Shown here piece after piece: positions 62,214-64,000 of a stretch of 64,000 nt of DNA. Each line of letters opens with the position of its first letter. Positions within the stretch are counted from its first letter, which is position 1. This DNA is from Micavibrio sp. TMED2 (GTDB taxonomy: Bacteria > Pseudomonadota > Alphaproteobacteria > TMED2), in assembly GCA_002168225.1 (NCBI GenBank), contig NHBH01000001.1, positions 93,955-157,954 of the forward strand. Reading direction: 5' to 3'. The notes beneath the pieces are model-generated. The model was not told the origin of the DNA, searched no databases, and saw only the letters and a list, made by a program, of their open reading frames with translations. A program made the translations under genes and the position numbers.

Positions 62214-63579
62214 TCACCCGCCCGGTCAGTTTGCCGTCAGCGATGCCGGTGAGCTGGACGGTATAGAGGCCACCCGCCTCAACCGGGCCGTCGATCACAA
62301 CCTCGGTGAAATGCTCGGTCCGACCGGTATTGTCCTTCTCCACCAGCACCTGCGCCGTCTGTCCCACCTGTGTGCGGAGCAGCTTGTCGAGCTGCTGGTT
62401 GCCGAGTTCACGCAACCGCGCCGCGCGCTGTTTGCGCAGCGGGCCGGGCACTTGCGGCATCTTCGCCGCCGGGGTGCCGGGGCGCGGCGAGTACGGGAAG
62501 ACATGCAGGAAGGTCAGGTCGCACTCGCTGACACAGGCCAGCGTGTTCTCGAACATCTCATCGGTTTCGGTCGGGAAGCCGGCAATAATGTCGGCACCGA
62601 AGACAATGTCCGGGCGCAGATCGCGGGCGCGACGGCACATCTCAATCGCATCGGCGCGCAGATGGCGGCGCTTCATGCGCTTCAGCACCATATCATCACC
62701 GGCCTGCAGGCTCATATGCAGATGCGGCATCAGCCGTGGCTCATCGGCGACCAGCCGCCAGAGGTCTTCATCCATCTCTACCGGATCAAGCGATGACAGA
62801 CGCAGGCGCGGCAATTCCGGCACCAGCGCCAGCAGGCGGCGGATCATCTGGCCCAATGTCGGCTGACCCGGCAGGTCGGGGCCATAGCTGGTGACATCGA
62901 CACCGGTGAGCACGACTTCAGAGAAACCCTGTTCGACCAGCATGCGCACCTGATCGACAATCACGCCGAGCGGCACCGACCGGGAATTGCCCCGGCCATA
63001 GGGGATGATGCAGAAGGTGCAGCGGTGGTCACAGCCCTGCTGTACCTGAATGAAGGCACGGGCCCGACCGTCAAAGCCCTCGATCAGATGCTCGGCGGTC
63101 TCCCGCACAGCCATGATGTCATTGACCAGCACCGTCGGCTCGTCACCGCCGCCGAACAGGGCATTGGTCCAGCTCTCGCGCTTCATCTTGGCATCATTGC
63201 CGATGACCGCACTGACGCCCTCGATACCGGCGAAGCTGTCGGGGTTGATCTGGGCGGCACAACCGGTCACGACGATTTTCGCGCCGGGCCGTTCCCGTGC
63301 CAGCTTGCGGATCGTCTGGCGCGCCTGTCGCTCCGCCTCCGAGGTCACGGCGCAGGTATTGATGATGATCGTATCCTCAAGCCCGGCAGCGGCGGCGTGA
63401 TCACGCATCACCTCACTCTCATAGGCATTGAGGCGACAGCCGAAGGTGACCAGCTCCACCGCATCACGCGCAGGCGAAATCGCGGCAGCGGTTTGCACCG
63501 CACCGGTATGGCTGTCGTCGCTGTCGATATCGAGGGTCGGAACCGATGAGCGCGACTGGTCTGTTTCTGTCTCGCTCAT
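62206..63579 (-). CDS. mtaB: tRNA t6A37 methylthiotransferase
   Basis: TFGCRLNAYESE, NTCAVT, radical SAM GCDHRCTFC, HVFPYSPRPGTPAA. Confidence 0.96.
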   Translation of the reverse strand: MSETETDQSRSSVPTLDIDSDDSHTGAVQTAAAISPARDAVELVTFGCRLNAYESEVMRDHAAAAGLEDTIIINTCAVTSEAERQARQTIRKLARERPGAKIVVTGCAAQINPDSFAGIEGVSAVIGNDAKMKRESWTNALFGGGDEPTVLVNDIMAVRETAEHLIEGFDGRARAFIQVQQGCDHRCTFCIIPYGRGNSRSVPLGVIVDQVRMLVEQGFSEVVLTGVDVTSYGPDLPGQPTLGQMIRRLLALVPELPRLRLSSLDPVEMDEDLWRLVADEPRLMPHLHMSLQAGDDMVLKRMKRRHLRADAIEMCRRARDLRPDIVFGADIIAGFPTETDEMFENTLACVSECDLTFLHVFPYSPRPGTPAAKMPQVPGPLRKQRAARLRELGNQQLDKLLRTQVGQTAQVLVEKDNTGRTEHFTEVVIDGPVEAGGLYTVQLTGIADGKLTGRVIS

Positions 63580-63611
63580 CGTCCTTGAGTTCACTGACTG
63601 TTTAATGAGCC

Positions 63612-64000
63612 TTATGCCGAGACCGCGAGCTGCGGCTTCGGTTTAACCTTGGCCCGGGGCTTTCCCAGCAGGGTCGGGTCAAGTACCCCCTCTGCCACAT
63701 AGGCCACCGGTCCGGTCATGATAACGTGCTCATCCTGTTCGCGCCATTCCAGCGTCAGGGAACCGCCGTCGAGGATCATCTCGACCTTGCGTTCGGTCAG
63801 TTCGCGGCGCACCGCGGCAACGATGGTGGCACAGGCGGCGGAACCGCACGCCTGGGTAATACCGACCGCGCGTTCCCAGACCCGCATACGGATCGTGTCG
63901 CGGTCGATGATCTGCGCTGCCTCGATATTGGCGCGGGCGGGGAACAGCGGATCATGCTCAAGCACCGGGCCGAGACGCTCCAGCGGCACCGCATCAACGT
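63612..64000 (-). CDS. dapF: Diaminopimelate epimerase, 5' end outside window
   Basis: [19 protein letters not shown] and MTGPV; typical dapF-mtaB-ftsY order. Confidence 0.93.
   Translation of the reverse strand, partial: VDAVPLERLGPVLEHDPLFPARANIEAAQIIDRDTIRMRVWERAVGITQACGSAACATIVAAVRRELTERKVEMILDGGSLTLEWREQDEHVIMTGPVAYVAEGVLDPTLLGKPRAKVKPKPQLAVSA

Overview
GC-rich alphaproteobacterial chromosome segment; Rhodospirillales-like and possibly marine by inference (ProVWX, a DmdB-like ligase, dapF-mtaB-ftsY and glnK-amtB). The backbone is housekeeping and metabolic: rpoH2, pip, pgk, ftsK, proVWX, a split leucine-degradation (liu) cluster, murJ-trpS, a UbiH/L hydroxylase, glnK-amtB, two MCPs, an aminotransferase, ftsY, mtaB and dapF. 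Several accessory islets interrupt it. The main find is a compact ~2.4 kb IS1595-family element (about 20210-22620) inserted in the proX terminator. It has recognisable terminal inverted repeats, a transposase interrupted by a nonsense codon, and two co-oriented passenger genes: a homolog of the prophage abortive-infection protein BstA and a DCL/DUF3223 protein. A 16-bp direct repeat flanks the internal BstA start, reminiscent of the aba self-immunity element. Other notable items: a TacT/AtaT-like GNAT toxin flanked by two paralogous RHH antitoxin-like genes; three tandem families of uncharacterised exported proteins; a NIT-domain chemoreceptor missing most of its HAMP domain; several orphans with Pro/Arg/Lys-rich C-terminal tails; a candidate sul1 RNA; and a low-GC sulfotransferase wedged antisense into dapF-mtaB-ftsY. 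No rRNA, tRNA or CRISPR array was seen. All family assignments come from motif recognition by eye, not from database searches.
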